Assembly: GCA_963696975.1 (NCBI GenBank)
Contig: CAVOMI010000007.1
Location: 5,362-69,361 of the forward strand
DNA: 64,000 nucleotides
Source: an uncultured Actinomycetes bacterium
Lineage (GTDB): Bacteria > Actinomycetota > Thermoleophilia > Gaiellales > Gaiellaceae
Reading direction: 5' to 3'
Positions 33,875 to 44,195 of the stretch are shown here, in pieces. Each line of letters starts with the position of its first letter. Position 1 is the stretch's first letter. The translations under genes were made by a program, and so were the position numbers. The notes beneath the pieces are model-generated. The model saw only the letters and a list, made by a program, of their open reading frames with translations, was not told the origin of the DNA and did no database searches.

Positions 33875-35244
33875 GCGACGAGTTTCGGCCGGGAGAAGGA
33901 GGCGGCTTGCGGGATCACTGCGGCGGCGTCGACCCCGAACCACTGCTCGAGGAGGGCGGAGTAGACACCTCGGAAGTCTGAGGTGGCCGAAACGTTGCCG
34001 TCTGTGTCCAGCCCTTTCTGGAGTCCGGGGAACTCGCCGACCATCTTTCCGGCGACGCGTGTGCCGAGGAGGAAGCCGACTCCGGCGGCGCCGTGGTCGG
34101 TGCCGCTGTCGCCGTTCTCGGCGGCGCGGCGTCCGAACTCCGACCAGACGTGCACGAGCACCCGGTTGGCGAGGCCGCGCGCCTCGAGGTCGCGCTGGAA
34201 CGCGAGCAGCGAGTCCGAGGTCAGCTGCAGTCCCTGGGTCAGGGCGCTCGGCTCGCCGGCATGCGTGTCGTACTCGCCCGGTGCGGTGAGCGCGACGCAG
34301 TGGAGCGGTAGGCCGGCGGCAAGCATGGCGGCAAGCCCTGCGAGCCTCTGTGGGAACGGGTCGTCCGACTGCGGATAGGGCACGGGGCTCGAGAAGCCGT
34401 TCGAGGACTGGAAAGGGATCAGCTGCCGGCGCAGGCGGTCCACCTGAATCGCGACGTTACCGGCGGTCCGCAGCCCGGCGTCCGCAGGCTGGTGCCCCAT
34501 GAGACCGATTGCCTCGAGCATCCGCTCCTCGACCTGGCCCCAGACGCGCTCGCTGTAGAAGTTGTACTGGTCGGCGCCTGAGATCGAGGCGACCGGAACC
34601 TTGGCGGTGGCGAGGGCGGGCGCGAGGGTGTCGTCGAGCGAGAGTCCCTGGAGCGGGTTGTCCTTCTTCCCGACCCGGTCGAGGTACCTTCCGAGCCAGC
34701 CCGTCCGGAGGTTGGCCTCTGTCGCTCCGACCTCCCAGTAGTGGCGGGACGTGAAGTGCGACTGGTCGGCGTGGGTGTAGCCGACGGCCGGCAGCACCGT
34801 CACCTTCTTCTCCGAGTAGAGCTGCTGGAGCCCGCCGAGCGCCGGATGCCAGTAGAGACGGTCGTCTTCCGCGAGTGCTGTTCCTCCGGCGATCGCGAGC
34901 TGCGGGCGCAGCTTCTTGTAGAGCGGATCTCCCTGCGGTGACAGCACGGAGAGGCCGTCTGCCCCGCCCTCGAGGAACACGGAGACCAGGATCGGTGCGG
35001 CGGGCCCGGAAGCTGCAGCGGCGATACCTTCCTCGAAGGCACGCAATCCGAGCCGCGAGCCGCCGTACACGGCGATCGCAGCGCTGAGGCTGCCGGCGAG
35101 GAAGCGGCGCCGACTGAGCCCCGTCCCGGCCGGGAGCGGCATTCCGGTCTCGATTGCCGGCAGCCCGCGACCGGCCTCCGCCAGTGCGCGGTGGAGAAGC
35201 CGCGAGCGTGAGAGCCCGTCGCAGTGGTTGCACGGCCTCGTCAT
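33871..35244 (-). CDS. DUF1501 domain protein (sulfatase-like fold) with Tat-type signal
   Basis: SRRRFLAGSLSAAIAVYGG is a twin-arginine motif. LVSVFLEGGADGLSVL and VWSEFGRRAAENGDSGTDHGAAGVGFLLG are DUF1501 hallmarks. Confidence 0.9.
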   Translation of the reverse strand: MTRPCNHCDGLSRSRLLHRALAEAGRGLPAIETGMPLPAGTGLSRRRFLAGSLSAAIAVYGGSRLGLRAFEEGIAAAASGPAAPILVSVFLEGGADGLSVLSPQGDPLYKKLRPQLAIAGGTALAEDDRLYWHPALGGLQQLYSEKKVTVLPAVGYTHADQSHFTSRHYWEVGATEANLRTGWLGRYLDRVGKKDNPLQGLSLDDTLAPALATAKVPVASISGADQYNFYSERVWGQVEERMLEAIGLMGHQPADAGLRTAGNVAIQVDRLRRQLIPFQSSNGFSSPVPYPQSDDPFPQRLAGLAAMLAAGLPLHCVALTAPGEYDTHAGEPSALTQGLQLTSDSLLAFQRDLEARGLANRVLVHVWSEFGRRAAENGDSGTDHGAAGVGFLLGTRVAGKMVGEFPGLQKGLDTDGNVSATSDFRGVYSALLEQWFGVDAAAVIPQAASFSRPKLVA

Positions 35245-36593
35245 GCCGCCTGCAGCTCCGGCGAGACGGCGATCAGCTGGCGGAGCGCGTTCTGGACCAT
35301 CACCGGGTACTGCTGGCGCTTCCAGGAAGCGCCCTTGGCGTCGCCGAGAGCGCGGTGTGTGAACGTGTGGAGCGCGTGCCGCGTGTCACGTCCGAGCGGA
35401 GGGTTGTGCCAGAACTGGCAGGCGCGGTCGAGGAGCTCCTTCGCATCGTCGGGCTCGTGGGCGTGTCCGGGGTCGAGCGCCTGGCGATCGAGCACGTACT
35501 GGGCGATCCACCAGCGTCCGCGCCAGGTCGCCGTGTCGAGCCAGCGGGTGTCGTCCCAGCCGCCGACGTTGGGCGGGTAGAAGAGCTGCTGCCCGGCCAT
35601 CGAGTCGAGCCACGTCCAGGCGGTGGTGTCGATTCCGCGCCGGATTCGGCGCAGCAGACCGGCGTTGTAGACGACGGGCGGCTTCACAAGTCGGGGCCCT
35701 CGGTAGAGCGCAGGGTGGCGCAGGATCGCGGCGACCACGGGCCCCACCTCGTACTTCGACGTCTTGTAGAGCCGCTCGAGCGCCCGCTGCGTGGCGTGAT
35801 CCGGCGCCTCGGGGACGAAGTAGCTCCAGAGCTTCTGGACGAAGAAGGAGGCATGATCGGGATGGGTGACGCAGAGGCGGCACGAGTCCTTCCACGTGAA
35901 CCGGCCGTGGTGGTGGAAGATCGTCTTGCGGCCCGGATCGTGGTACTGGGGGTCGTAGCGGAAGTTCACCGGTCCTTTGTTCTGGCTCCAGCTGTTCCGG
36001 AAGCCGGTGAGTGCCCGGGCCTGCTGGCGGACGTCGTTTTCGGTGTAGCCGCGGGCGGCGCCGAGCGTGAAGAGTTCCATCATCTCGCGCGCGTAGTTCT
36101 CGTTGGGCGAGTCCTTCGAGTTGTCGCTTCCGTTCAGCCAGAGCAGCATCGCCGGGTCCTTCGTCACGTCGAGCAGCAGCTCGTGGAAGGAGCCGAGGCC
36201 GTGGTGGCGGAAGAGCTCGTTCTGGTTCAGCATGAGGCGCTGCGAGCCGACGCCGTTGTTCGAGGTCGCAAACCAGTCGTGCCAGATCAGCGTCATCCGC
36301 TCGACGAGAGGGCGCGAGGTCCGCACCATTCGGTCGAGCCACCAGACGTGGTCTTGGCCCCAGGCGTCGAAGGGGGCGAGCGGCCGGCCGTGCTCGTCAT
36401 GCGGCTTGTGCCCCACGAAGTGCTCCCGGCCCGGATGCGTGAGCTTGTGCACTGCGCCCTCGAGCCCGAGTCGGGCGAGCTTCTGCGCCTCACCGGGCCG
36501 CGGCCCGAAGCCTGCGCGCCAAAGCAGCCGCTCGGCCTGGGCGGCTCCGAACGTCCCTCGCCACACGGCGACACCGGCCACGCGTGAGAGCAT
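35241..36593 (-). CDS. DUF1800 domain protein
   Basis: VERMTLIWHDWFATS, LLDVTKDPAMLLWLNGSDNSKDSPNENYAREMMELFTLG and FYPPNVGGWD. ATGA overlap with the DUF1501 gene. Confidence 0.9.
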   Translation of the reverse strand: MLSRVAGVAVWRGTFGAAQAERLLWRAGFGPRPGEAQKLARLGLEGAVHKLTHPGREHFVGHKPHDEHGRPLAPFDAWGQDHVWWLDRMVRTSRPLVERMTLIWHDWFATSNNGVGSQRLMLNQNELFRHHGLGSFHELLLDVTKDPAMLLWLNGSDNSKDSPNENYAREMMELFTLGAARGYTENDVRQQARALTGFRNSWSQNKGPVNFRYDPQYHDPGRKTIFHHHGRFTWKDSCRLCVTHPDHASFFVQKLWSYFVPEAPDHATQRALERLYKTSKYEVGPVVAAILRHPALYRGPRLVKPPVVYNAGLLRRIRRGIDTTAWTWLDSMAGQQLFYPPNVGGWDDTRWLDTATWRGRWWIAQYVLDRQALDPGHAHEPDDAKELLDRACQFWHNPPLGRDTRHALHTFTHRALGDAKGASWKRQQYPVMVQNALRQLIAVSPELQAA

Positions 36594-37182
36594 CGGCAGC
36601 GATCAGCGTGCACGGGATCCCCGATCGAGGGTGCTAGTCAGCCCGTGAGGTCCGATTCGCCGGCACGGGTTGATAGGGGGCCTCGCCTCGCTGACGATCG
36701 GACAGCCGGCGAGAGGTAGCGCGGCCTGGGAAGGTTCTGCCGCTAGCAACAAGCGAGGCCGACCGTCCTCTCACCTGACGACCGTCCAGATGGCGGGATC
36801 ACCAGGGTCGTAAGGGTGTGGGTCAGCGAGAACGCCTAGGTGTCCGGGCACGACTCCGCTGCGAGCGTGGGGACGGATCGCAGCGAGCGCGACCGGCCAC
36901 CTCGATTCTTCTGCTGAACGAGGTCGGCGGTCTAGGGTTCGGAGTCTCGGGCGGGGTAGGGCTCGCCGCTCGCTCCCTCGACTTGCGCGTTCGTCGATGT
37001 CTCGGTCTCGACGCCGCCTTCGAGTCTCGTCGCGGGGAGTCCGCCTTCAACGGTCTCCTCGACCTCAGTGGTACTTCGGCGTAGCCATTGCCTGATCGCA
37101 TCGAGCATCGGCATCGCGATCCTACTCCGTCGAACACGGCGGGCCGCCACTCGCCGGGATCGGGGCTGGTTAGGGTTGGCGA

Positions 37183-37938
37183 GTGCTGTCGCCCCTTGCT
37201 GCTCGCGGCCGGGAGACCGGCCTCATCTCGCTCAGCCTCGTGAAGTTGTCAGCGGGGGATCGCGAGACTCTGCGCGACGAGGCGGAGATGTGCGCGGTAG
37301 TTCTGTCGGGCGCCGTTGACGTAGCGATCGACGGGATGAAGCTCGGGACCGCCATGCGCGCCGGCGACGTGTTCGAGAGCGCCGCGGACGCCGCATATGT
37401 GCCGCCCAGTCAGGCGCTCGAGCTCGTTTCGCGCAGCGACGCTCTGGTCGCCGTGGCCGCGGCGCCGCTCGCCGACCGGCCTGCGGGCCGCGCGCGGCTG
37501 ATCGGGTCGAGCGAGCAAAGCGTGCGCACCGCAGGAGCCGGGAACTGGTCGCGAAGCATCCGCACCGTTCTCGGTCCTGACGACGACGCCGGACGTCTCG
37601 TGGTCGGCGAGACGATCAACCCGCCGGGCAACTGGTCGTCGTATCCGCCCCACAAGCACGACCGTCACGCTCCGCCGGAGGAGGTCGCCCTCGAGGAGCT
37701 GTACTACTACCGCTTCAAGCCGGAGACCGGCTTCGGCGTGCAGCTGATCTACAACGACCGCGATGAGTCTGCCCAGATCGTGCGCGACGGCGACGTCGTC
37801 GCAATCCCGTCGGGCTATCACCCGGTCGTCGCAGCTCCCGGTTACTCGCTCTACTACCTCTGGGTGATGGCCGGCGAGGGGCGCATGCTCGCTCCGTACT
37901 TCGACCCGACGCACGCGTGGGTGCAGGACACGTCATGA
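37183..37938 (+). CDS. iolB: 5-deoxy-glucuronate isomerase (IolB)-like cupin
   Basis: NWSSYPPHKHDRHAPPEEVALEELYYYRF and IPSGYHPVVAAPGYSLYYLWVMAGEGR match the IolB family pattern. I cannot fully exclude a KduI-like function. Confidence 0.7.
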   Translation: MLSPLAARGRETGLISLSLVKLSAGDRETLRDEAEMCAVVLSGAVDVAIDGMKLGTAMRAGDVFESAADAAYVPPSQALELVSRSDALVAVAAAPLADRPAGRARLIGSSEQSVRTAGAGNWSRSIRTVLGPDDDAGRLVVGETINPPGNWSSYPPHKHDRHAPPEEVALEELYYYRFKPETGFGVQLIYNDRDESAQIVRDGDVVAIPSGYHPVVAAPGYSLYYLWVMAGEGRMLAPYFDPTHAWVQDTS

Positions 37939-37944
37939 GGCCGC

Positions 37945-38775
37945 ATGGGCGCGATTTCCAACGTGGCGCTTGAAGGACGGGTCGCCGTCGTCACCGGCGC
38001 GACCGGCTCGCTCGGACGCGCGGTGGCGGATTCGCTCGCCTCTGCAGGCGCTGCCGTCGGTCTGGTCGCCCGGTCGGTCGACAGGACCGAGGCGGCGGCC
38101 GCCGAGCTTCGCGTCGGCGGCTCGGACGCCCGGGCGTTCAGCGCCGACGTGATCGACGTTGCGCAGCTGGAGTCCGTCCGCGACGAGGTGCTCGAGCGTT
38201 GGGGACGCGTCGACATCCTCGTCAACGCTGCGGGCGGGAACGTGGGCGCCGCGACCGTCGGCGAGAAGTCGTTCTTCGAGCTGCCGCTCGGTGCGCTAGA
38301 GGGGGTGATCGCCCTGAACCTGCACGGGACGCTGTTGCCCAGTCGTGTGTTCGGTGCCGTGATGCTTGCCGAGCCGTTCCCGGACGGTGGGAGGTCGATC
38401 GTCAATCTCTCCTCGATGGCGGCGCGGCGCGCGATGACACGCGTCGTCGGCTACGGCGTCGCCAAAGCCGCAGTGGACAATCTGACGCGGTGGCTCGCGG
38501 TCGAGCTCGGTCGGGAGAGCGGCGGACGTGTTCGTGTGAACGCCGTGGCACCGGGATTCTTCCTCGGCGAGCAGAATCGGGATCTCCTGCTCGAATCCGA
38601 CGGCACCCCGACCGCACGTGGTGAGACGGTGCTTGCGCGCACGCCGGCCGGCCGTTTCGGGGAGCCGAGCGAGGTGGGCGACGCAGTCGTCTGGCTTTCA
38701 AGTGCCGCAGCGTCGTTCGTCACCGGCGTCGTGTTGCCGGTCGACGGCGGGTTCGATGCATTCAGCGGCGTCTAG
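37945..38775 (+). CDS. SDR-family oxidoreductase
   Basis: LEGRVAVVTGATGSLGRAV is the TGxxxGxG motif. Also NAAG, SSMAARRAMTRVVGYGVAKAAV (YxxxK) and a classical SDR C-terminus. Confidence 0.9.
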   Translation: MGAISNVALEGRVAVVTGATGSLGRAVADSLASAGAAVGLVARSVDRTEAAAAELRVGGSDARAFSADVIDVAQLESVRDEVLERWGRVDILVNAAGGNVGAATVGEKSFFELPLGALEGVIALNLHGTLLPSRVFGAVMLAEPFPDGGRSIVNLSSMAARRAMTRVVGYGVAKAAVDNLTRWLAVELGRESGGRVRVNAVAPGFFLGEQNRDLLLESDGTPTARGETVLARTPAGRFGEPSEVGDAVVWLSSAAASFVTGVVLPVDGGFDAFSGV

Positions 38776-38868
38776 CGAGGCGACAGCGCACGGGCGCACG
38801 TACGTCCGCAGAGCATGTGGCGGCAATCAGCACACCGCCACATGCTCTGCGCGAACGGATTCAGGGGG

Positions 38869-40887
38869 TCAGTGTTCGACCACTGCGATGGCGGTGGAGG
38901 GAACTGCCACCGGCCGTTCGCCGATTCCTACGACATCGAGGACGATCAGTCCGAGGTTCGCGGCGGCAACTGCCGCGAGTGTTCCGCTCACCGGACCCAG
39001 TGGTGGGACGTGGTAGCCGAACCACGCGCCGAGAAGTGCGGCGCTGAGAACTGTCCCGAGCCCGACGAGCTTGATTCTTGGGCTCGAGTCGCGCTTCAGC
39101 CAACCGCAGTAGACGGCGAGTGCCACGGGCAGGCCGATCGAGATGACGACGAGTACCTGATCGTCGAGGGGGACGGTTGGCAGGGTGGTCAGGGCGACGA
39201 GCAGGCCGAGGCACCAGCCGCCGAGTCCGAGAAGGACGGCGTAGAGCGACCGGACGGCTGCGCTTCCCTTGCGTCCGAAGCTCGCCTGCTTGAGCGTGCG
39301 GACGGTCATCCAGAGCAGCGAGAGAACCGTCAGTGCTGCGAGGCCGAGCAGGACGCCGAGGATGTCCTTGGCGTACCCGCCTTGGCTGGAGCTTGGGTTG
39401 AAGTCGACCTTGTTGTGGGTGTAGAGGGACGTGTCGACCTTGCCGGTGTCGAAGTAGGTGTTGATCAGACGGCTGCCGGCTTCCGGTTCGTAGGGCCAGA
39501 AGTCGTCGGCGTGGCCGATGTTCGGGAGCACGACCTCGCGGCCGTTCGCGAGGTGAGGCAGAAGCTCGCGGGTCGCATTCTCGGGCGGCGTTGCGCCGTC
39601 GAGGGCGCCGCCGATCAGCAACGTCGGAACGTTCGAGTTTTGCACGTGGGTGTACTCGTTCTCGTCCGGGTTCGCCGGCCAGGCGTCGAGGACGTGGCCG
39701 CCGGCCCAGATCAGGTTGTTGCCGGCAGCACTGATCAGCGATCCGCGGTTTGCTCCCGACGCGTAGAAGTGCTTCGCGTACGTCGCGTCGCTGCGGCCGA
39801 TCGCCGCCAGGTCGCCCCAGGCGAACGAGTGCGGAAAGGCGATCTGTGCCATCACGGACAGGAACCACGCGCCGCTTGCGTCGCCCTTGTCGGCGGAGAG
39901 CAGTGTGTTGATTGTTAGTGGCGAGGCGATCGGGCCGCCGCCGGCGGAGGTCTCGTTCATCAGGCCGAAGAACGCGGCGGTTCTGAAGTCGCCCTTCTTG
40001 ATCGGCAGGAACAGCCAGTGACTGGGAACGTGAGCGAACGAGGACTTCACCGACGCGGCCAGATCCGGCGTTTGGCTGCGACAGCTCGTCGCCTGGGCGC
40101 AGAGCGCCGCATAGCGGCCGATCTGCTCGTCGGTCGTCTTTGCGTTCCAGAGGAAGTTGCCGGGTGGATTGACGCCGATCATCACCGAGCGATGGATGCT
40201 CTTCGGGTAGCGCCAGGCATAGATCATCGCGACGCGGGTGCCCGCGCTTTCGCTCACCAGGTCGATCTGGTGGTAGCCGAGGGCGCGGCGGGCCGCCTCC
40301 AGGTCGTCGACTTCTTCGGGGATCGAATAGCCGGCCAGATCGACACCATCGCTGCGGAGCCGGTTGGCACACGACCGGTACGCCGCGGCGACGGCGCGGT
40401 ACGTCTGCTGGCTGAGGAGGTCACGCGAGTGCTCCATTGCCGAGCTCACCCCGGGGCAGTCGAGCCGGCTCGATCCGTCGACGCCGCGATAGCCGACGAG
40501 CACGAGGTCGTGCTTGGCGGTGAAGCGGCTCGCGTCCGGGAACGTCATGTTGCTGATGCCGGGGCCGCCCTGGAGGCGGAAGATCGGGACACCCGGATGG
40601 GCCGAATGGGCGTGAATCACTGTGACCGGAAGTGCGATCAGGCGCGACTTCGGATCATGGCGGTTCTCGGGCACCACGAGCGTTCCGCAGTCGGCGGCGT
40701 AGGCGCCCTTTTCGGTGCTGTAGGTGCATTTCTTGAGCGTCAGCTGGCCTGCATGCGCGCCGGCAGGCACGGAGACGGACGTAGAGGCGCCGGAGAAGTG
40801 GAGATAGCCGAGCGCGAGCGTGAGGAGGGCGATCAGGGTCAGGCCGGTGATCCGGCCGAGACTGAAGCGTCTGGTCGAGGGATGCAT
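38869..40887 (-). CDS. Alpha/beta hydrolase (prolyl/tripeptidyl aminopeptidase-like) with N-terminal anchor and C-terminal multi-TM region
   Basis: 672 aa. N-terminal TM/signal (ITGLTLIALLTLALGYL). Hydrolase core (FRLQGGPGISN, LVGYRGVDGS, SESAGTRVA nucleophile elbow, NIGHADDFW). The C-terminal ~150 aa holds several hydrophobic helices. Confidence 0.8.
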   Translation of the reverse strand: MHPSTRRFSLGRITGLTLIALLTLALGYLHFSGASTSVSVPAGAHAGQLTLKKCTYSTEKGAYAADCGTLVVPENRHDPKSRLIALPVTVIHAHSAHPGVPIFRLQGGPGISNMTFPDASRFTAKHDLVLVGYRGVDGSSRLDCPGVSSAMEHSRDLLSQQTYRAVAAAYRSCANRLRSDGVDLAGYSIPEEVDDLEAARRALGYHQIDLVSESAGTRVAMIYAWRYPKSIHRSVMIGVNPPGNFLWNAKTTDEQIGRYAALCAQATSCRSQTPDLAASVKSSFAHVPSHWLFLPIKKGDFRTAAFFGLMNETSAGGGPIASPLTINTLLSADKGDASGAWFLSVMAQIAFPHSFAWGDLAAIGRSDATYAKHFYASGANRGSLISAAGNNLIWAGGHVLDAWPANPDENEYTHVQNSNVPTLLIGGALDGATPPENATRELLPHLANGREVVLPNIGHADDFWPYEPEAGSRLINTYFDTGKVDTSLYTHNKVDFNPSSSQGGYAKDILGVLLGLAALTVLSLLWMTVRTLKQASFGRKGSAAVRSLYAVLLGLGGWCLGLLVALTTLPTVPLDDQVLVVISIGLPVALAVYCGWLKRDSSPRIKLVGLGTVLSAALLGAWFGYHVPPLGPVSGTLAAVAAANLGLIVLDVVGIGERPVAVPSTAIAVVEH

Positions 40888-40936
40888 GGCTCGTCCTTTC
40901 CTGTTGGTCGTGCAGGGGCGGATTTCTTCAAGCGCG

Positions 40937-41179
40937 TCATGGGATCTGCACCTCGCTCACGCTCGTGGCGGTCGTGCGATCGGCGACGAAGGAGGGCAGC
41001 AGCGCGAGCGCGTCTTGCTCGTTCGCTGCCTCGACCGTCCACCAGATCGCGTGCCCGCCTGAGCGGCAGGAGGCGAGCGTCGGAAGGTGGCGAAGCCGGC
41101 TTCGGTGCCCTTTGAAGGACGCGAAGACGGCGCCGCACTCGTCCGGCTCGTGCTGGTGATGGAGCAGGTACTGGGTCAT
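40937..41179 (-). CDS. Small conserved-looking hypothetical protein (80 aa)
   Basis: MTQYLLHHQHEPDECGAVFASFKGHRSRLRHLPTLASCRSGGHAIWWTVEAANEQDALALLPSFVADRTTATSVSEVQIP. Balanced composition. Divergent from the LuxR-type regulator. Confidence 0.5.
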   Translation of the reverse strand: MTQYLLHHQHEPDECGAVFASFKGHRSRLRHLPTLASCRSGGHAIWWTVEAANEQDALALLPSFVADRTTATSVSEVQIP

Positions 41180-41288
41180 GCAACGACCCTGCCGCTGCCG
41201 GGCCGCGCGTTCATCAGGGCAGCACCCTGATCCCGCACCCCTGACTTTGAGGTTCCGAGACCCTGATCTATGGTGCTGAGGAGAGAAA

Positions 41289-44195
41289 ATGGGCGCACAA
41301 ACCGGCCACCTCGTCGGCCGTGCTGAGGAGCTCGGCTCTCTGGGTCGAGTCAGGGCCGAGCTCGATCGAGGGCGCTCCGTCGCTGTTCTGCTCATCGGCG
41401 AGGCGGGCATCGGCAAGACACGGCTCCTCACCGAGTTCGGCGCACGGGCGGACGCCGAGGGAGATCTCGTCCTCTCGGGCGCTGCATCCGAGCTGGAGCG
41501 CGATCTCCCGTTCTCGCTCTTCGTCGACGCGCTCGACGAGTACGTGCGAGGACTCGACCCGGAGTTCTTCGCGCCGCTCGAGGACGACGTCAGGACGGAG
41601 CTCGCTCACGTCTTCCCGGCGTTGACGACGCTCGGCGGCGACCGCCCGTCGGCGCTCCAGCACGAGCGGTATCGCAGCCACCGGGCCGTGCGTGCCTTGC
41701 TCGAGCAGCTCGCGTCCACGCAGCCGCTCGTGCTCGTGCTCGACGATCTGCACTGGGCCGATCCGGCCTCGGTCGAGCTGCTCGGAGCGCTCCTGCGCCG
41801 GCCGCCGTCGGCGCCGGTCATACTGGCGCTCGCGAGTCGCCCGCTCCATGTGCCCGAGCGACTGTCCACGGCGCTCGAGCGAGCCACGCGCGCCGACCAG
41901 ATCACGCGCATCGAGCTCGGGGCGCTCAGTGTCGAGGAGGCCCGCGAGCTACTCGGCGACGTGGGAGAGCGCGTCGATGCGGACGTCCTCTATGCCGAGA
42001 GCGGTGGCAACCCCTTCTATCTCGAGCAGCTTGCCCGCGCAGGTGGGGCAACGGCAGTGCAAGACGAGGTGTCGCTGCCCGGGATCGGCGTTCCGGCGCC
42101 CGTCGCCGCGGCTCTTGCGGAAGAGCTCGCCCTGGTGTCCGACACGCAGCGTCTCGTGCTCGACGGGGCGGCGGTGGCCGGTGACCCGTTCGAGCCGGAG
42201 CTCGCGGCGGCGGCGGCCGCGCTGACGGTGCCGACCGTCATGGAGGCGCTCGACGAGCTGCTTAGGACCGATCTCCTCCGCACGACCGACGTCCCGCGAC
42301 GGTTCCGCTTCCGCCATCCGCTCGTACGCCGCGCCGTCTACGAGGCGGCGGCTCCCGGCTGGCGCCTCGGCGCACACGAGCGGGGCGCCGAGGCGCTCGC
42401 GGCGCGGGGCGCTCCCGCCATCGCGCGCGCCCACCACATCGAGCGCTCGGCGCGCGAGGGCGACGCCGACGCCGCCTCCGCCCTTCGCGAGGCCGGCGAG
42501 GAAGCGGCCCGGCTTGCGCCGGCAAGCGCGGCGCACTGGTTCGGAGAGGCTCTTCGCCTGGAACCTGCCAACGCGCCGCCAGAGGAGCGGATCGAGCTTC
42601 TCTTCGCCCGCGCGCGTGCGTTGACGGCGGTGGGGCGCCTCGACGACAGCCGCAGTACGTTGCTCGAGGCCCTCGATCTCGTGCCCGACGGCGCCGACGT
42701 GCTGCGAGCCACGCTCGCCCGCGCGTGCGCAGGAGTGGAGACGAATCTCGGGCTGCAGGAACAAGCCCATGAGCGTCTCGTGCGCGCGCTCGAGGAGCTC
42801 CCGGATCAGGGCTCCCGCGAGGCCGTGGCGATCATGATCGAGCTCACCGCCAACGCGTTCTGGCGTACGAGTTTCGGGGAGATGCACGAGGCAGCCGAGC
42901 GCGCGGTCGAGGCGTCGAGGCGACTGGGCGACGTCCCCATGATCGCGGCGCCTCTTGCCCAGCTTGCGATGGCGGATTCGCTCGTGGGGGCCCCCGGCGG
43001 TGCAGAGGCGAATCATGCGGAGGCGGCGAGGCTTGTCGATTCCCTGTCGGACGACGAGCTCGGCGGTCATCTCGTGGCCGCGGCCTGGCTGGCCGGCGTC
43101 GAGCTCTACCTGGACCGGTATGCCGCCGGCGAGGCCCACGCCAGCCGCGCCCTGGCCGTGGTCCGCGCCACCGGCCAGGGGGAGCTCTATCTCCTCCTGA
43201 TTGCGACGCTCGGCGGCCTGTTGCGCCAGCGGGGGAAGTTGGCCGAGTCGGCGGAGCTGCTCGACGCCGGAATCGAGGCGGCTCGGTTGCTGGGCAACTC
43301 GCACGCGCTGTGCTGGACCCTGCTCGGCCGCTCCGCCGCCGCGCTGCGCAGCGGGGACATGGACCTCGCACTCGCCACTGCACAGGAAAGCGTCGACCTT
43401 AGCCAGGGCGAAAGCAGCTTCCACTCGTCAGAGGGAGCTGCGGATCTCGCCGCAGCCCTGCTCGAGACAGGCGAGCCTGAGCGTGCGGTCGAGTTGCTCC
43501 TCGAGTCATCCGGTGGCGAAGAGCTGACTCTTATCGCCGGGAGCCCGAGAGCGCGGTACCTCGAGGTGCTGACGCGCTCGTGGCTCGCGCTAGGTCGCCA
43601 CGCAGAGGCGGAACGAGCAGCCGCCGTCGCGGAGGCCTGGGCCTCGACCGTGCAGCTGCCGATGGCCGCCGCCTGGGCCGAGAGAGCAGCGGCGGCCGTT
43701 GAGCTGGACGGCGGCGACCCCGCGCGTGCAGCAGGGCACGCACTCGCGTCCGCGGCCGTCGCAGACGAAGCCGGAGCGCCGGTGGAGGCCGCTCTCTCGC
43801 GCCTGCTCGCCGGACGCGCGCTCGTGCGAGCGGGCAATCGTGAGAGGGCGACAGCCGAGCTTCGGCGAGCGGCCGAAGACTTCAGGGACGCTGGCGCCCT
43901 CCGCTACTGCGGGGAGGCGGAGCGGGAGCTTCGCAAGCTCGGCCATCGAATCCAGCAGCGCACGCGGCCGGGCGGGCCGGCCGGAACGACGCTCGAGTCG
44001 TTGACCGGACGCGAGCTCCAGCTCACCATGCTCGTGTTCGACCGCAAGACGAATCCGGAGATCGCGAGGGAGCTGTTCCTCAGCCAGAAAACCGTCGAGA
44101 CGCACCTGCGGAACATCTTCCGCAAGGTGGGCGTGACTTCGCGGGTCGAACTCGCCCGCGCCGTCGAGCGGGCGCAGCGCGCAACGTCGTCGTAG
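41289..44195 (+). CDS. Large ATP-binding LuxR-family regulator (AAA/STAND ATPase + TPR-like repeats + LuxR HTH)
   Basis: Walker A LLIGEAGIGKTRLL, Walker B LVLVLDDLHWAD and a helical repeat middle. C-terminal HTH: LTGRELQLTMLVFDRKTNPEIARELFLSQKTVETHLRNIFRKVGV. Confidence 0.9.
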   Translation: MGAQTGHLVGRAEELGSLGRVRAELDRGRSVAVLLIGEAGIGKTRLLTEFGARADAEGDLVLSGAASELERDLPFSLFVDALDEYVRGLDPEFFAPLEDDVRTELAHVFPALTTLGGDRPSALQHERYRSHRAVRALLEQLASTQPLVLVLDDLHWADPASVELLGALLRRPPSAPVILALASRPLHVPERLSTALERATRADQITRIELGALSVEEARELLGDVGERVDADVLYAESGGNPFYLEQLARAGGATAVQDEVSLPGIGVPAPVAAALAEELALVSDTQRLVLDGAAVAGDPFEPELAAAAAALTVPTVMEALDELLRTDLLRTTDVPRRFRFRHPLVRRAVYEAAAPGWRLGAHERGAEALAARGAPAIARAHHIERSAREGDADAASALREAGEEAARLAPASAAHWFGEALRLEPANAPPEERIELLFARARALTAVGRLDDSRSTLLEALDLVPDGADVLRATLARACAGVETNLGLQEQAHERLVRALEELPDQGSREAVAIMIELTANAFWRTSFGEMHEAAERAVEASRRLGDVPMIAAPLAQLAMADSLVGAPGGAEANHAEAARLVDSLSDDELGGHLVAAAWLAGVELYLDRYAAGEAHASRALAVVRATGQGELYLLLIATLGGLLRQRGKLAESAELLDAGIEAARLLGNSHALCWTLLGRSAAALRSGDMDLALATAQESVDLSQGESSFHSSEGAADLAAALLETGEPERAVELLLESSGGEELTLIAGSPRARYLEVLTRSWLALGRHAEAERAAAVAEAWASTVQLPMAAAWAERAAAAVELDGGDPARAAGHALASAAVADEAGAPVEAALSRLLAGRALVRAGNRERATAELRRAAEDFRDAGALRYCGEAERELRKLGHRIQQRTRPGGPAGTTLESLTGRELQLTMLVFDRKTNPEIARELFLSQKTVETHLRNIFRKVGVTSRVELARAVERAQRATSS

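Noticed and set aside
36809-36860. Possible third copy of the 37-nt hairpin element (CGTAAGGGTGTGG...AGGTGTCCG...CGAC).
   Set aside because: Only the CGTAAG and TGTCCG blocks match. The spacing differs by more than 10 nt, and neither the outer nor the inner stem can form.
36932-37150. 72-aa acidic ORF (MPMLDAIRQWLRRSTTEVEETVEGG...) in the large gap between the DUF1800 operon and the iolB-like gene.
   Set aside because: It has no recognisable family, no convincing ribosome-binding site and a low-complexity acidic tail. It cannot be distinguished from a chance ORF without expression or conservation data.
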